Positions 29,331 to 39,530 of a stretch of 64,000 bases of DNA are shown here, in pieces; position 1 is the stretch's first letter, and each line of letters opens with the position of its first letter. The notes under the pieces are model-generated. The model made no database searches, had not been told where the DNA came from, and saw only the letters and a program-made list of their open reading frames with translations. This DNA is from Spirochaetales bacterium (lineage in GTDB: Bacteria > Spirochaetota > Spirochaetia > JABEVK01): contig JBAXAI010000015.1 in NCBI GenBank assembly GCA_037142615.1, forward strand, positions 24,986 through 88,985, written 5' to 3'. Made by a program: the position numbers and the translations under genes.

Positions 29331-30329
29331 TCAGCCTTCTGAGTTTTGGCGGAGCCAGTCCAGTGTCTGGGAAAACGCCTCGTCGCGCGTCACGCGGGGT
29401 CGGTAGCCGAAAGCTTGCTCGGCTCCGTGGGTCACAAACCAAAAGTCTCGGCAGGTTGAACGCACCACGTAGCGGGTCAGCAACGGCGCGGCGCCCCCAA
29501 ACCAGCGGGCCAGCCCCTCCATCACCACGGCCAAAGCGTACGCCAGCCCGGCAGGGAGCCTGCGACTCGGCACAGGCAGGTCCAGCGCCGTCAGAAACGG
29601 GGTGAAGAACTCGTAGAAGTTGCCGGGTTCGTGATCGGTGACGAAGAAGGCTCGGCCGCTGACCGCTGACCCGGGCAAGAGGCTCTCGGCGGACTGCAAG
29701 TGCGCCTGAACCAGATTGGTGATGTACACGTGGTTGAAGCGGGCCTGACCATCGCCCAGGTACATCATCTGCCCGCCGCGCACGGCCTTGAGAATGGGGG
29801 GAAAGCGGTGCCGGTCGCCAGGGCCGTAGATTCCCGCCGCTCGCAGGGCACAAGTTTGAAGGCCCGAGGCGGTGCTGGCCGCCAGGACTTCGGCTTCTGC
29901 CAAAGCCTTGGTGTGCCCGTAGTCGTCCAGGTGCCGGGTTGGAATCGGCAGGCTTTCATCGCCCCCAGCGATGTCGTGGCCGTCGAACACCACGTCGATC
30001 GAGCTGGTGTAGACCAAACGGGCCACCCCCTGAGCCTGGCAAGCCTCGATCACGTTGCGGTTGCCCAGCACGTTGATGGCGTACAGGCGCTCGCGGCTTC
30101 GAGGCCCCCAATCGACCAAGGCCGCCGTCTGGAACACCGTGTCGATGCCCTCGCACGCGGCTCGCACCTGCTCGGCGTTCCTCAAGTCACCCGCCAGCGA
30201 CCGGACGCCCGGCTCGCCGCCGGGAGTCAGATCAAAGCTGGTGAGCGCGGAGTACCCGGCCTCAAGCAACCCACGCAGCAGCGCGGCTCCCAAAAAGCCG
30301 TTGCCGCCGATGACAAGAATCCTTTCCAT
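29331..30329 (-). CDS. NAD-dependent epimerase / 3-beta-HSD-like dehydrogenase
   Basis: GGNGFLG, YTSS, YGHTKA, GIYGPGD. Confidence 0.9.
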   Translation of the reverse strand: MERILVIGGNGFLGAALLRGLLEAGYSALTSFDLTPGGEPGVRSLAGDLRNAEQVRAACEGIDTVFQTAALVDWGPRSRERLYAINVLGNRNVIEACQAQGVARLVYTSSIDVVFDGHDIAGGDESLPIPTRHLDDYGHTKALAEAEVLAASTASGLQTCALRAAGIYGPGDRHRFPPILKAVRGGQMMYLGDGQARFNHVYITNLVQAHLQSAESLLPGSAVSGRAFFVTDHEPGNFYEFFTPFLTALDLPVPSRRLPAGLAYALAVVMEGLARWFGGAAPLLTRYVVRSTCRDFWFVTHGAEQAFGYRPRVTRDEAFSQTLDWLRQNSEG

Positions 30330-30335
30330 CGTGAG

Positions 30336-30343
30336 AGTATACT
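30336..30343. promoter_or_regulatory. Palindromic AGTATACT giving a TATACT -10 on both strands
   Basis: 5 nt before ATG 30349 (+) and 6 nt before ATG 30329 (-); no SD on either side. Confidence 0.6.
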
Positions 30344-30348
30344 ACGGT

Positions 30349-30930
30349 ATGCGCGCCACCGTTGTCCTTGCCCACCCGTACGCCGAAAGCTTCAACCACG
30401 CCCTGTTCCACCGGGCCGTGCAAACTCTGCAGGCCCTGGATGCCGAGGTCTTTGCGCACGATCTGTACGCCGAAAAGTTCGACCCCGTGCTGACGGTTGC
30501 CGAATTGGGCAAGGAACCTTCCACAGACCCGCTGGTGCGCCAATACACCGCCGAACTGATGGCCAGTGACGTTCTGGTTTTTGTGCACCCCAACTGGTGG
30601 GGCCGCCCTCCGGCGCTTTTGGCAGGCTACATCGACCGGATCATTCGGCCGCCGCACGCCTACGAAGTCAGCGAAGGAAAGCTGGGCGGCAAGCTCGGGG
30701 TGGTTTTCAACACCGGCAACACGCCGGCCGAGCGCGAGAACGATTACTTTGGCGATCCGCTCGAAGCCTTGTGGAAGCGTTGCCTCTTCGGCTTCTGCGG
30801 CATCGAAGACACGCGCCGAGTGCTGTTCCGTGTCGTTTCTGACAGCACGCCAGCCATCCGTCGGACGTGGCTCGACGAGGCGGAAAGCACGCTTCGGGAG
30901 GTTGTAACCCACTTCCCGAAGCGCCCTTAG
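30349..30930 (+). CDS. Flavodoxin-fold NAD(P)H:quinone oxidoreductase
   Basis: AHPYAESFN, HDLYAEKFDP, HPNWWGRPPA. Confidence 0.9.
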   Translation: MRATVVLAHPYAESFNHALFHRAVQTLQALDAEVFAHDLYAEKFDPVLTVAELGKEPSTDPLVRQYTAELMASDVLVFVHPNWWGRPPALLAGYIDRIIRPPHAYEVSEGKLGGKLGVVFNTGNTPAERENDYFGDPLEALWKRCLFGFCGIEDTRRVLFRVVSDSTPAIRRTWLDEAESTLREVVTHFPKRP

Positions 30931-30936
30931 CCCCGG

Positions 30937-31455
30937 CTACTCGGTTTCTTCGGCAAACACCAGCAGTCCGCCGATGTCGTGCTCGACGCCGAGCTCATCG
31001 AGCTGCTGCGACAACTGGCCGCGGTGGTGCACGGTGTGGTTCTGATACTGGGTCACCAAGTCTCCCACCGACAGCAGGTAGCTCTTGCCGTTGCGCATGG
31101 TCCTCTTGGTCTTCGGGGCCCGCAGATCGGCTTCGGTGACACTTTGGACAAACTTCAGCCATTCCTTGTCGAGTGCGACGGCCACCTCTCCCACTTCGGC
31201 GGCGGTTGTCGCTTTCAATTCGTAGGCTTCTTCGGTCAGGGGGCTGACCAGGTACTTGCCCTCGGTGTTCTTGCGGATCAGGGCCTGATAGAACCGGTAG
31301 GTCTGCACGTAGTGCACGTGCAAGGCCGCCAGGGTCTTGAAGTAGCCTGGCCTCTCGGCGGTGTACACCTCGGTCGTCAACCCCGCGAGCAAGCTCTGCA
31401 TCTTCTCGTCGGTGGCCAGGTTGTAGCGGGCCCAAAGCGTGAGGGCTTCGTTCAT
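30937..31455 (-). CDS. DinB-family protein
   Basis: [15 protein letters not shown] motif. Confidence 0.85.
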   Translation of the reverse strand: MNEALTLWARYNLATDEKMQSLLAGLTTEVYTAERPGYFKTLAALHVHYVQTYRFYQALIRKNTEGKYLVSPLTEEAYELKATTAAEVGEVAVALDKEWLKFVQSVTEADLRAPKTKRTMRNGKSYLLSVGDLVTQYQNHTVHHRGQLSQQLDELGVEHDIGGLLVFAEETE

Positions 31456-32408
31456 AGAAGGGGCCTGAGCAGGTCTTCGAGCTTGACGAGGTCGGCGGCA
31501 AACGCCCGGATGCCCTGCGACAGTTTTTCGGTGGCCATGGCGTCTTCGTTGAGCAGCCAGCGGAAGGTCTTCTCGTCGTGCGCGATTTTGGTCACTTTGG
31601 CACCCTTGGCGCCTTCGGGCGTGAGCTTGGTCACCAGCTTGGCCTCGGTGGCGGCCAGTTCCTTGAGCAGGTCCGGAGCGATGGTCAACAGTTCACAGCC
31701 GGCCAATTCGACGATCTCGCCGATGTTGCGGAAGCTGGCGCCCATGATCTGCGTCTTGTAGCCGAACTTCTGATAGTAGTTGTAGATCTGCGTGACGCTG
31801 AGAACGCCGGGATCCTCGGTGGCGGGGATGGAATCGACCTTGCGGGCGGCCTTGTGCCAGTCCAGAATCCGGCCGACAAAGGGCGAAATGAGGCGGATGC
31901 CCCCTTCGGCGCACGCCACGGCCTGAACCAAGCTGAACAGCAGCGTCAGGTTGCAGTGAATGCCTTCTTTTTCGAGCACCTTGGCGGCCTCGATGCCTTC
32001 CCAGGTGCTGGCGAGCTTGATCAGCACGCGTTCCTTGGGAATCCCGGCCGCTTCGTAGAGCTTGATGATCGAGCGACCCCGGTCGATCGAGGCTTGCGTA
32101 TCGAACGACAGACGGGCGTCCACTTCGGTGCTCACGCGCCCGGGAACAATCTTGAGAATCTCCAGGCCGAAGGCGACCGAAGTCTCATCGATGGCGTGGG
32201 CCATCACCTGGTCTGGGGTTCCACCCTTGGCCTTGGCGGTTTTGGCGGCTTTTTCCACGAGGGCCCGGTAGTCGGGCTGGCTGGCAGCTTTCAGAATCAA
32301 GGATGGGTTGGTGGTGCCGTCCATAGGTGTGTAGGCCTTGATACTCTGGAAGTCACCCGTGTCGGCGACCACCTTGGTCACGCTCTTCAGTTGGTCCAAA
32401 AGGTTCAT
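31452..32408 (-). CDS. tal: Transaldolase
   Basis: [31 protein letters not shown]. Confidence 0.98.
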   Translation of the reverse strand: MNLLDQLKSVTKVVADTGDFQSIKAYTPMDGTTNPSLILKAASQPDYRALVEKAAKTAKAKGGTPDQVMAHAIDETSVAFGLEILKIVPGRVSTEVDARLSFDTQASIDRGRSIIKLYEAAGIPKERVLIKLASTWEGIEAAKVLEKEGIHCNLTLLFSLVQAVACAEGGIRLISPFVGRILDWHKAARKVDSIPATEDPGVLSVTQIYNYYQKFGYKTQIMGASFRNIGEIVELAGCELLTIAPDLLKELAATEAKLVTKLTPEGAKGAKVTKIAHDEKTFRWLLNEDAMATEKLSQGIRAFAADLVKLEDLLRPLL

Positions 32409-32474
32409 GAAATCCTCCGGACTTCAATGTAAGCCCGCGTTGACCTGCTGGCAAGGCGCAACGTAGGCTGGCGC

Positions 32475-33407
32475 ATGCAGCAACCGTTATTGGTGGCAGG
32501 GGCCGGTCTGGCGGGAACCCTGCTGGCGCTCGACCAGCATCAGCGCGGACACCCGATCGAGGTGTGGGACGACGCCTCGGGGGCGGGCTGCAGCCGGGTC
32601 GCGGCGGGGTTGTTCAATCCGTTGTTGGGCCCACGGATGTCGGCCGACCCGGGCGGCTGGGACCTTCTGGAACCAGCCTACCGCCGCTGGGAAGAGCTTC
32701 TGGGGACCAAGTTCTTTCATCCGCTGACGATCAAGCGCCCGTGGGTCGGAAGCAAGGTCACGGCGGCGCACTTTCCGCGCTCCGGGCTAGGTTGGAGCGC
32801 GGCAGCGACCGACGAGGGCGTCTGCATCGAGGGGGGTGGCTGGGTGAACATCCCGGTCTTGCTCGACGCCGCCCGGACTTTCTTTCGGCAGCAGGGCCTG
32901 TTGAGGGAGCAAAGGCTCACCACAGGCGAGGCAATCGGGCGTCGGGTCGTCTGGTGCGGGGGGCTCGACGATTTCACCTCCGGGGTCTGGGGCCTTGACC
33001 CCATGGTCGAGGGCCGCTGGCAGGGCATACGCGGCGATGTTTTGACGGTCGAGGCCCCCGAATGCCACCAAAGTTGGATCTCGATCGGGTCACGGTTTCT
33101 GTTGCCCCTCGGTGGGGGTCGTTTCCGCTGGGGTGCCACGCACGAGATCGACGTGGTGACCCGCGAGGAAAAGCCCCCAATGCGCGAAAGGCTGGTCGCG
33201 GAACTGTGCCTCGTGCCCGGAATCGGTGAGTTCCGGGTGGTCGACCACCAATGGGGAATCCGCCCGGCGTCGAGGTCACGGAAACCGCTGATCGGGCGTC
33301 ACAGCCAGCATCGGGATTGGTTCTTGTTCAATGGGTTTGCGGGCAAGGGGGTCAGCACGATCCCCCGCTACCTGGGGTCTACTGACCCGTTGATTTGGGT
33401 CTACTGA
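32475..33407 (+). CDS. FAD-dependent oxidoreductase (DAO-like)
   Basis: GAGLAG, SRVAAG, WGAT, WGIRP, FNGFAGKG. Confidence 0.85.
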   Translation: MQQPLLVAGAGLAGTLLALDQHQRGHPIEVWDDASGAGCSRVAAGLFNPLLGPRMSADPGGWDLLEPAYRRWEELLGTKFFHPLTIKRPWVGSKVTAAHFPRSGLGWSAAATDEGVCIEGGGWVNIPVLLDAARTFFRQQGLLREQRLTTGEAIGRRVVWCGGLDDFTSGVWGLDPMVEGRWQGIRGDVLTVEAPECHQSWISIGSRFLLPLGGGRFRWGATHEIDVVTREEKPPMRERLVAELCLVPGIGEFRVVDHQWGIRPASRSRKPLIGRHSQHRDWFLFNGFAGKGVSTIPRYLGSTDPLIWVY

Positions 33408-33440
33408 CCCGCAGACTTGGGTCTATTGACCCGTTGGTTT
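33375..33440. repeat. 22-bp tandem repeat x3, each a gggtc-N4-gaccc hairpin
   Basis: Units at 33375, 33397 and 33419; spans both convergent stop codons. Confidence 0.9.
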
Positions 33441-34049
33441 GGCCATGAGCGCTTCGACCTGCTGCTTGCCACGGACAGCATCGGCCAACCCGGGGTTTTG
33501 GCGAAGCGCCTCTCCAAAGGCCTTGAGCGACGAGGGGTAGTCCTTGGCGAGCATGCGGGCGTAACCCAGGCGGCTCCACCAGGCGGGAATCTGCGGGTTA
33601 TGGTACACGGCGGTAGTCAGGGCGATGTCGGCCCGGTTGTACTGGCCCAACTGCAGGTAGATCTCGCCCATCAGGTTGTACACCCGCTCGATGCGGTCGC
33701 CGGTCGGCGCGAGAACTGCGTACTGTTCAAACTGCTTGAGCGCCTCGAGCGACTTGCCCAGATAGAACAGCGACTCGCCGAGCACTTCAATGATGCGGAA
33801 GTCGAAGGCGTTGAGTTTTTGAGCCTGGAGCGCGGTGTTGACCGCTTCTTGATACTTTTCGAGCTTCTGCAACGACCAACACCACACCACGTACGAATCC
33901 ATGTTGGACGGATTCTGCTTGAGTTCGGCTTGTGTGATGGTGATGGCCTCGTCGAACTTACCGGCCTTGTAGGACTCCAGGGCATCCTTGGTCTGAGCAA
34001 AGAGCCCGACGCCTGTCAGGAGCAACAGAAGAGCGAGGAATCGAGACAT
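33423..34049 (-). CDS. Secreted TPR protein
   Basis: Signal peptide; TPR-like repeats LGESLFYLG, MGEIYLQLG, LGYARMLAK. Confidence 0.88.
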   Translation of the reverse strand: MSRFLALLLLLTGVGLFAQTKDALESYKAGKFDEAITITQAELKQNPSNMDSYVVWCWSLQKLEKYQEAVNTALQAQKLNAFDFRIIEVLGESLFYLGKSLEALKQFEQYAVLAPTGDRIERVYNLMGEIYLQLGQYNRADIALTTAVYHNPQIPAWWSRLGYARMLAKDYPSSLKAFGEALRQNPGLADAVRGKQQVEALMAKPTGQ

Positions 34050-34411
34050 TAAGAGTTCCCTTCTTGAAGCATGGTGCAAAGTCCGTTCAGGCGGGCGCCG
34101 GCTTCCATCACCACTTCGGGAGCCGTGATATCACCCTTGACGCGGGCCGTCGACGACAATTCGATTTTGTGGGTGGCGATGATGTTGCCCACCACCGTTC
34201 CTCGGGCATCGACGTAGCGGGCCTTGACCGATGCCTCGACGCGGGCGCCGACGCCAATCAAAAAGTCGCTGGTGGCATTGATGGAACCCCTGACGCTGCC
34301 GTTGAGCTTCAGCGGCTTGGAAAACTCCATTTCGCCCTCGAAGTCGAAATCGTCCCCGAGAGTGGTGTCGAGTTCGCGCTCATCGATTCCCCGGTGATGG
34401 ATTTCGGACAT
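34049..34411 (-). CDS. Bactofilin (polymer-forming cytoskeletal protein)
   Basis: FEGEMEF...GSVRGSI...VKGDI...GARLNG beta-helix pattern. Confidence 0.92.
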   Translation of the reverse strand: MSEIHHRGIDERELDTTLGDDFDFEGEMEFSKPLKLNGSVRGSINATSDFLIGVGARVEASVKARYVDARGTVVGNIIATHKIELSSTARVKGDITAPEVVMEAGARLNGLCTMLQEGNS

Positions 34412-34420
34412 GGCGCTATC

Positions 34421-35158
34421 CTACCTTCCGCCCCCGGTGGTGTCAAGGCGCTCCAAAGTACGCTCCAGCGAGAGTTTGAGGTCCTCTCGCATCGCTGAGG
34501 TGTACGGGTTGGAGTGCTGCATGTCGAGGAACAGCTGGAAGGGGTCGTTGCAGGTCTGCTGAATCAGATCGAGCAGCCTTTTGTAGCCTTGGGTAGCGAT
34601 GGCATGGTCTTTCAGCCCCATGTCGGAAAGCACGCGGCCGATGAGGTGGGTGACGCCCTGGGTGTAGGCCGCCGCCTGATCGTGCTCGTCGGGCGTGAGC
34701 TCGAGCACCCGCATGCCCTGGGCGGCAAAATGGGCCTTCCACCACGCCAGCTCGGCCTCGGCGCCGCGCAGGTTGTGCAACACCAAGGGTAGCCCTTCCA
34801 CGCCGCCGCGGGCGGAATCGGGGCCAAACATCGGGTGCGTCGCCAGCAGCTTGGCGTGAGCCGGCAGCAGCTCGAGCATCTGGCGCGAAGGTTGGAGCTT
34901 CACCGAGCAGGTGTCGGCGATCACCTGGCCGGGCCGCACGTAGGGGGCGATTTCGCGCAGCACCTCGGGAAGCGCCGAGATGGCCGGGCAAAGCCACACC
35001 ACATCGGCCTCGAAGAGTTCGGCAAGACCCACGAGGCGCACCCGGTCACCGGCCTCGCGGCCTGCAGTTCTGGACCAAGCGGTGACCTTCAGTTGGCGGG
35101 AAAGGTGGTGGGCCCAAAACGAGCCGAAACGGCCCAACCCCAAGACGGCAACGTGCAT
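34421..35158 (-). CDS. tyrA: Prephenate dehydrogenase
   Basis: GLGRFG, DTCSVK, HPMFGP, EHD...QGVTH. Confidence 0.9.
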   Translation of the reverse strand: MHVAVLGLGRFGSFWAHHLSRQLKVTAWSRTAGREAGDRVRLVGLAELFEADVVWLCPAISALPEVLREIAPYVRPGQVIADTCSVKLQPSRQMLELLPAHAKLLATHPMFGPDSARGGVEGLPLVLHNLRGAEAELAWWKAHFAAQGMRVLELTPDEHDQAAAYTQGVTHLIGRVLSDMGLKDHAIATQGYKRLLDLIQQTCNDPFQLFLDMQHSNPYTSAMREDLKLSLERTLERLDTTGGGR

Positions 35159-35168
35159 AGCGGCCATT

Positions 35169-36740
35169 CTAGCGCCCGGAGTCGAGCATGCCAACTCCCC
35201 AGGCCTCAAGCCGGGTGCGGTGAAACGCCAGGCGCCCCTCCCAACCGGGAACCCCACCCCGTACCGGACGCCACGCCATTTCGGCAAATAATGCGAGCCG
35301 GGGGAAGAGCTTGCGGTCAACTTTTCCTGCGGTGACCCTTTCGGTAAACAGCGTGGCTTCGAGCCCGACGATGCGGGCTTTTTGGGCTGGAGTGGCCCCA
35401 GCGGGAGCGAGGGGGTTGGCCGCCACCGCTTCGAGCGGCACCAGGGGCATCCACGCCACCCGGTCCGAGTCCCAACCGAACTCCGGATAGTCGAAGTAGG
35501 AGTTCCACTTCCATGAGTTGATCACCGAATAGCCGGCCTTGAGCGCGGCCAGGCCCCGGGCCGGGTCGTCCCACCATTGCACCAGAGTTCCTACGGGCGG
35601 CTTGCCCGTGACGGTTTCGTCCCACCCGATAGGAATCTTCCCTAAGGTCAACGTCTGTTTGGCCAGGTCGTTCCAGAACGCGGCCAGGGCCGCTTCCGCC
35701 GTGGTGGCCTTCACCGTCTTCATCCACGCCAGCGACTGGGCGTTGCTCATCCAGGGCGTGCGGAAGACTTCGTCACCGCCCCAGTGGATCCAAGGGCCCG
35801 GGAACAGATCGACCAGAGTTCGTAACACGTCGGTGGTGAACTTGCGCACCTCCGGGCGGCCGATGCTGAGCACGCCATCGGCCACGTTCCAGTTGAGGGG
35901 CACCTCGCGGGGCTTTCCGGTGGCCGACAGTTCCGGGTACGCCGCCAACACCGCCGAAGCGTGGCCAGGAACGTCCACCTCGGGGATAATGGTGATCTGC
36001 CGCAAACGGGCAAACTCTACCAAGGACCGGACTTCGCTGGTGGTGTAGTAGCCTCCCGTGACTTGGCCGTCGACCTCGGTGCGCCAGGCACCCACTTTGG
36101 TCAGCGCCGGCCAGCCGGGCACTTCCAGCCTCCAGCCCTGGTCGTCGGTGAGGTGCCAGTGGAACCGGTTGAGTTTGTGGAGGGCCATCAGCTCGAGGAT
36201 TTCCTCCAGTTGGGCGATCGGCAGAAAGTGGCGGCTGGAATCGATCATCAGACCCCGCCAGGAGGCCGCCGGATAGTCCGAGAGCGTGCCACAGGCCAGG
36301 GTGGGCGGAGCACCCCATTCAGCGACAGGCGGCAACAACTGCTGCAAGGTGACCAGACCGTAGAAGAAGCCTTCGGGACTGTCGGCAACCAGCACGATGC
36401 CATCAGGCCTGACGGTCAATTCGTACCCCTCGCGAACCAAGGGCCCCAAGCGGGTCGTGTCGGAGAACCTGAACTCCAGCAAGGGACCAGGCAAGGAGTC
36501 CGTGGCCACGTGCCAATCGATTCCGGCCTGGTCGGTCACCGCCGTGATCCGGCTGGCGAGATCACCTTTCCACGGTTCGGGAACGTTGCCCCAAACCACG
36601 CCCAGCCGGGTGGGTAGCTCCAGCACCCCCGGCTCGGTCAGGATGGCCCGGGGACGCGGAATCAAGTTCGCCTGACGCAATTCGGCGGTTTGGGACCACG
36701 CCGGAGCCAGGCTGAACAGCGCGAGCAGCAGTCCGAGCAT
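35169..36740 (-). CDS. GH20 beta-N-acetylhexosaminidase
   Basis: RGLMIDSSRHF, HWHLTDDQGWR, PEVDVPGH, HWGGDE; start approximate. Confidence 0.93.
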   Translation of the reverse strand: MLGLLLALFSLAPAWSQTAELRQANLIPRPRAILTEPGVLELPTRLGVVWGNVPEPWKGDLASRITAVTDQAGIDWHVATDSLPGPLLEFRFSDTTRLGPLVREGYELTVRPDGIVLVADSPEGFFYGLVTLQQLLPPVAEWGAPPTLACGTLSDYPAASWRGLMIDSSRHFLPIAQLEEILELMALHKLNRFHWHLTDDQGWRLEVPGWPALTKVGAWRTEVDGQVTGGYYTTSEVRSLVEFARLRQITIIPEVDVPGHASAVLAAYPELSATGKPREVPLNWNVADGVLSIGRPEVRKFTTDVLRTLVDLFPGPWIHWGGDEVFRTPWMSNAQSLAWMKTVKATTAEAALAAFWNDLAKQTLTLGKIPIGWDETVTGKPPVGTLVQWWDDPARGLAALKAGYSVINSWKWNSYFDYPEFGWDSDRVAWMPLVPLEAVAANPLAPAGATPAQKARIVGLEATLFTERVTAGKVDRKLFPRLALFAEMAWRPVRGGVPGWEGRLAFHRTRLEAWGVGMLDSGR

Positions 36741-36801
36741 CCGGCCCGGTGTTCGTTTGGGTTGAGATGTGTTAAGATGAACGCCTGCAAGGAGCATCTT
36801 C

Positions 36802-37797
36802 ATGACCTTTACCGAACGGATGAGAGCCCAAGCCAAAGCTCTCCAAAAACGCCTTGTCCTACCCGAAGGGACCGAACCCCGCACCATCCCCGCCGCCCGC
36901 CAACTGGTCGACCTGGGACTGGTGCGCGAAGTGACCCTTCTGGGCTCCCGCGCCGCCATCGAAGCCAAAGCCAAGGAGTTGGGCACAAGCCTGCAAGGCA
37001 TCACCATCGTCGACCCGGCCTCCAGTCCCCTGCTGGGTGCGTATGCAGAAGAATACCACGAATTGCGAAAAGCCAAAGGGCTGAGCCTCGAAGATGCGCG
37101 CGCCAAAGTTCAGGATCCCTTGTTTTGGGGCTCCATGATGGTGCGCAGAGCCGACGCCGACGCCATGGTGGCGGGGGCCGACAACAGCACCGCCAACGTC
37201 CTGACCGCCGCTTTCCAGATCATCAAGACGGCTCCCGGGGTCAAGTCGGCGTCCAGCTGCTTCGTCATGGAGCTTGCCGACAAGAAGTGGGGCCACGAGG
37301 GCATGATGCTCTTCGCTGACTGCGCCATCATTCCTGACCCGAACGCCGAACAGCTTTCCGAAATCGCCATCGCCTCGGCGACGAGCTTTCGTCAGTATAT
37401 CGGAGCCGAACCCGTGGTCGCCATGCTCAGCTTCAGCACCAAGGGCTCTGCCAGCCACGCGGATGCCGACAAGGTCATCGAGGCCACGCGCCTGGTGAAA
37501 GAAAGGGCGCCTCAGTTGCAGGTGGACGGCGAACTGCAGGCCGACGCCGCGCTGGTCGACTCAGTGGGTAAAAAGAAGGCTCCCGGGTCTTCCGTCGCCG
37601 GCAGGGCCAACGTGCTGGTTTTCCCCGATCTGGGGGCCGGAAACATCGGCTACAAGCTGGTCCAGCGTCTCGCAGGGGCTCAGGCCTACGGTCCGTTCCT
37701 GCAGGGTCTTGCAAAACCCTGCTCGGACCTCTCCCGGGGCTGCTCAGTCGACGACATCGTCAACACCTGCGCTGTTATCCTCTGCCAAGCGAAGTAA
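36802..37797 (+). CDS. pta: Phosphate acetyltransferase
   Basis: [40 protein letters not shown]. Confidence 0.97.
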   Translation: MTFTERMRAQAKALQKRLVLPEGTEPRTIPAARQLVDLGLVREVTLLGSRAAIEAKAKELGTSLQGITIVDPASSPLLGAYAEEYHELRKAKGLSLEDARAKVQDPLFWGSMMVRRADADAMVAGADNSTANVLTAAFQIIKTAPGVKSASSCFVMELADKKWGHEGMMLFADCAIIPDPNAEQLSEIAIASATSFRQYIGAEPVVAMLSFSTKGSASHADADKVIEATRLVKERAPQLQVDGELQADAALVDSVGKKKAPGSSVAGRANVLVFPDLGAGNIGYKLVQRLAGAQAYGPFLQGLAKPCSDLSRGCSVDDIVNTCAVILCQAK

Positions 37798-37798
37798 C

Positions 37799-38179
37799 GT
37801 GGAGAAGACCCGTATCCTGCTGGTCGAGGACGAACCCATTCTCGCCGAACTGATGCGGGAGGATCTGGGTGAACTCGGCTACGAAGTTGTCGATGCCGTC
37901 GGAGACGGCGACATGGTTCTCCACGCATTTCTCAAGCACCGGCCAGCCGTCATCCTGATGGATATCAAGCTTCAGGGGTTTCGGGACGGCATTGACTCTG
38001 CGGCCCAGATTCGCGCCTTCTACGCGGTTCCCATTGTGTTCCTTTCGTCGTATTCCGAGGCCGAGATGGCCCCTCGGCTCGCAAAAATCAAAGGCTACCT
38101 GTACGTACAGAAGCCGTATGACGTGACCGAGTTGGACGGGGTCATTCGCTCCGTAACGGCAACCAAAACGTCACCCTAG
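37799..38179 (+). CDS. Single-domain response regulator
   Basis: LLVEDE, LMDIKL, FLSS, KPY. Confidence 0.9.
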   Translation: MEKTRILLVEDEPILAELMREDLGELGYEVVDAVGDGDMVLHAFLKHRPAVILMDIKLQGFRDGIDSAAQIRAFYAVPIVFLSSYSEAEMAPRLAKIKGYLYVQKPYDVTELDGVIRSVTATKTSP

Positions 38180-39530
38180 TGCCTTTGCCGGGGTGACTTT
38201 TGATATCAAGGCCGCCGTCGTTGCGCTGGGCAAGGGTCTGCGCAAGGATGAGGCCCATGCCGTTCCCAGCCTCGCCTGCTGTGCCGGGTGTGCTGAGCTT
38301 GTTCTCGATGCGGAACAACCGCTCGAGAGTCGCATCGTCCATGCCCACGCCCTCGTCAGCCACGGTCAGCTCGAAACTGTCGCGGGCACTGGCCGTCTCG
38401 ATCGCGACGGTGGAACGCGGCTGGCTGAACTTGATCGCATTGGTCACCAGATTCACCAGAATCAGCGTGACGCACTCCTCGTCGGCAAGAATGCGGACCG
38501 ATGGCGCGGCCGGATACACCACGCGAATCGACTTGGCCGCAGCGAGGGTCGAAACCATCTTGGAGGTCTCCTCGAAAACGCGCGCAAGGTCGACACGGGT
38601 CCAGGAGGGCACCCAGTCGCGGAGTTGTGTCCGTGACCACCACAGCAGTTTCTCCAGGTAGTCGGTGGTGCGGTCGAGCGCCTGGGCAAGAGTCTCCACC
38701 TCGCGGTGCTTGGCCTCGAGTCCTGTCATCTTTCCCAGCAGGTGCTTGCGGGTGTAGCGCGCGGCCCCGCTGATCGGCCCACGAAGGTCATGGGCAATGA
38801 TCGAGAAGAACAGGTCCTTGGTGCGGTTCTGTTCCCGGAGAATGTCGTTCTGACGGGAAATCTCCTTGTCCTTCTTCGACACGACCCGCGAGGAATGCTG
38901 CGATCCGAGCAGAAAGTACCCGAAGCTCGACATCGAAGCCAAAAAAAGCGCCCCGAGGTAAAACCAGGCGTTGTAGCCCCTCATCGTGAGCAAGCCCGTT
39001 TCGCCGGTTTCGGGAATGTTCCAGAACGCCCCCACCGCCGCCAGAACCGCGTAGCCCACGAAGGGCAGCGCCATCAGGTGCAGGCTCCCGACCGCGCCAG
39101 AGCGGGGTTTGGCGAACAGCGTGATGGCCGGCAGGGCGCTTCCCAAAGCCAGCAGAAGGTCAAAAACCAGCAATTCCCAGTGGTAGGGGCGCGACAGCAT
39201 GCCCCAGAGCGAAAGGAACGCGACAGGCAGCAAACCGTACCAGACAACCGGAAACGAGCGCCCCCAGCGGTAGCGCCAGATGGAATGGGCGAACAGCAGG
39301 CTCGAAGCCAGAATGCTGGTGTTGGCCACCGCATCGTGCACGAAGTCGGGAAGGACCGGCTCCAGGGTCTTGAGCAGGAAACCCAGAAAGAGGCTGGCTT
39401 GACCGGCAATCCAAATCAAGTCGCCGGGGAAGCCCTGCTTGCGGACAAACAGGAGGATGGAGAAGTACAGATTGCCGGTGAAAACGACCACGAGGGCCAA
39501 CCCCAGGGTCGAGATATTCGGCTCGAACAT
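38142..39530 (-). CDS. Multi-TM sensor histidine kinase
   Basis: IAHDLRGP, NLVTNAIKF, DEGVGM, GMGL. Confidence 0.93.
   Translation of the reverse strand: MFEPNISTLGLALVVVFTGNLYFSILLFVRKQGFPGDLIWIAGQASLFLGFLLKTLEPVLPDFVHDAVANTSILASSLLFAHSIWRYRWGRSFPVVWYGLLPVAFLSLWGMLSRPYHWELLVFDLLLALGSALPAITLFAKPRSGAVGSLHLMALPFVGYAVLAAVGAFWNIPETGETGLLTMRGYNAWFYLGALFLASMSSFGYFLLGSQHSSRVVSKKDKEISRQNDILREQNRTKDLFFSIIAHDLRGPISGAARYTRKHLLGKMTGLEAKHREVETLAQALDRTTDYLEKLLWWSRTQLRDWVPSWTRVDLARVFEETSKMVSTLAAAKSIRVVYPAAPSVRILADEECVTLILVNLVTNAIKFSQPRSTVAIETASARDSFELTVADEGVGMDDATLERLFRIENKLSTPGTAGEAGNGMGLILAQTLAQRNDGGLDIKSHPGKGTRVTFWLPLRSE

Noticed and set aside
17046-30329. tRNA-Val-anchored genomic island
   Set aside because: The content is accessory-like, but I found no integrase and no direct repeat of the tRNA 3' end.
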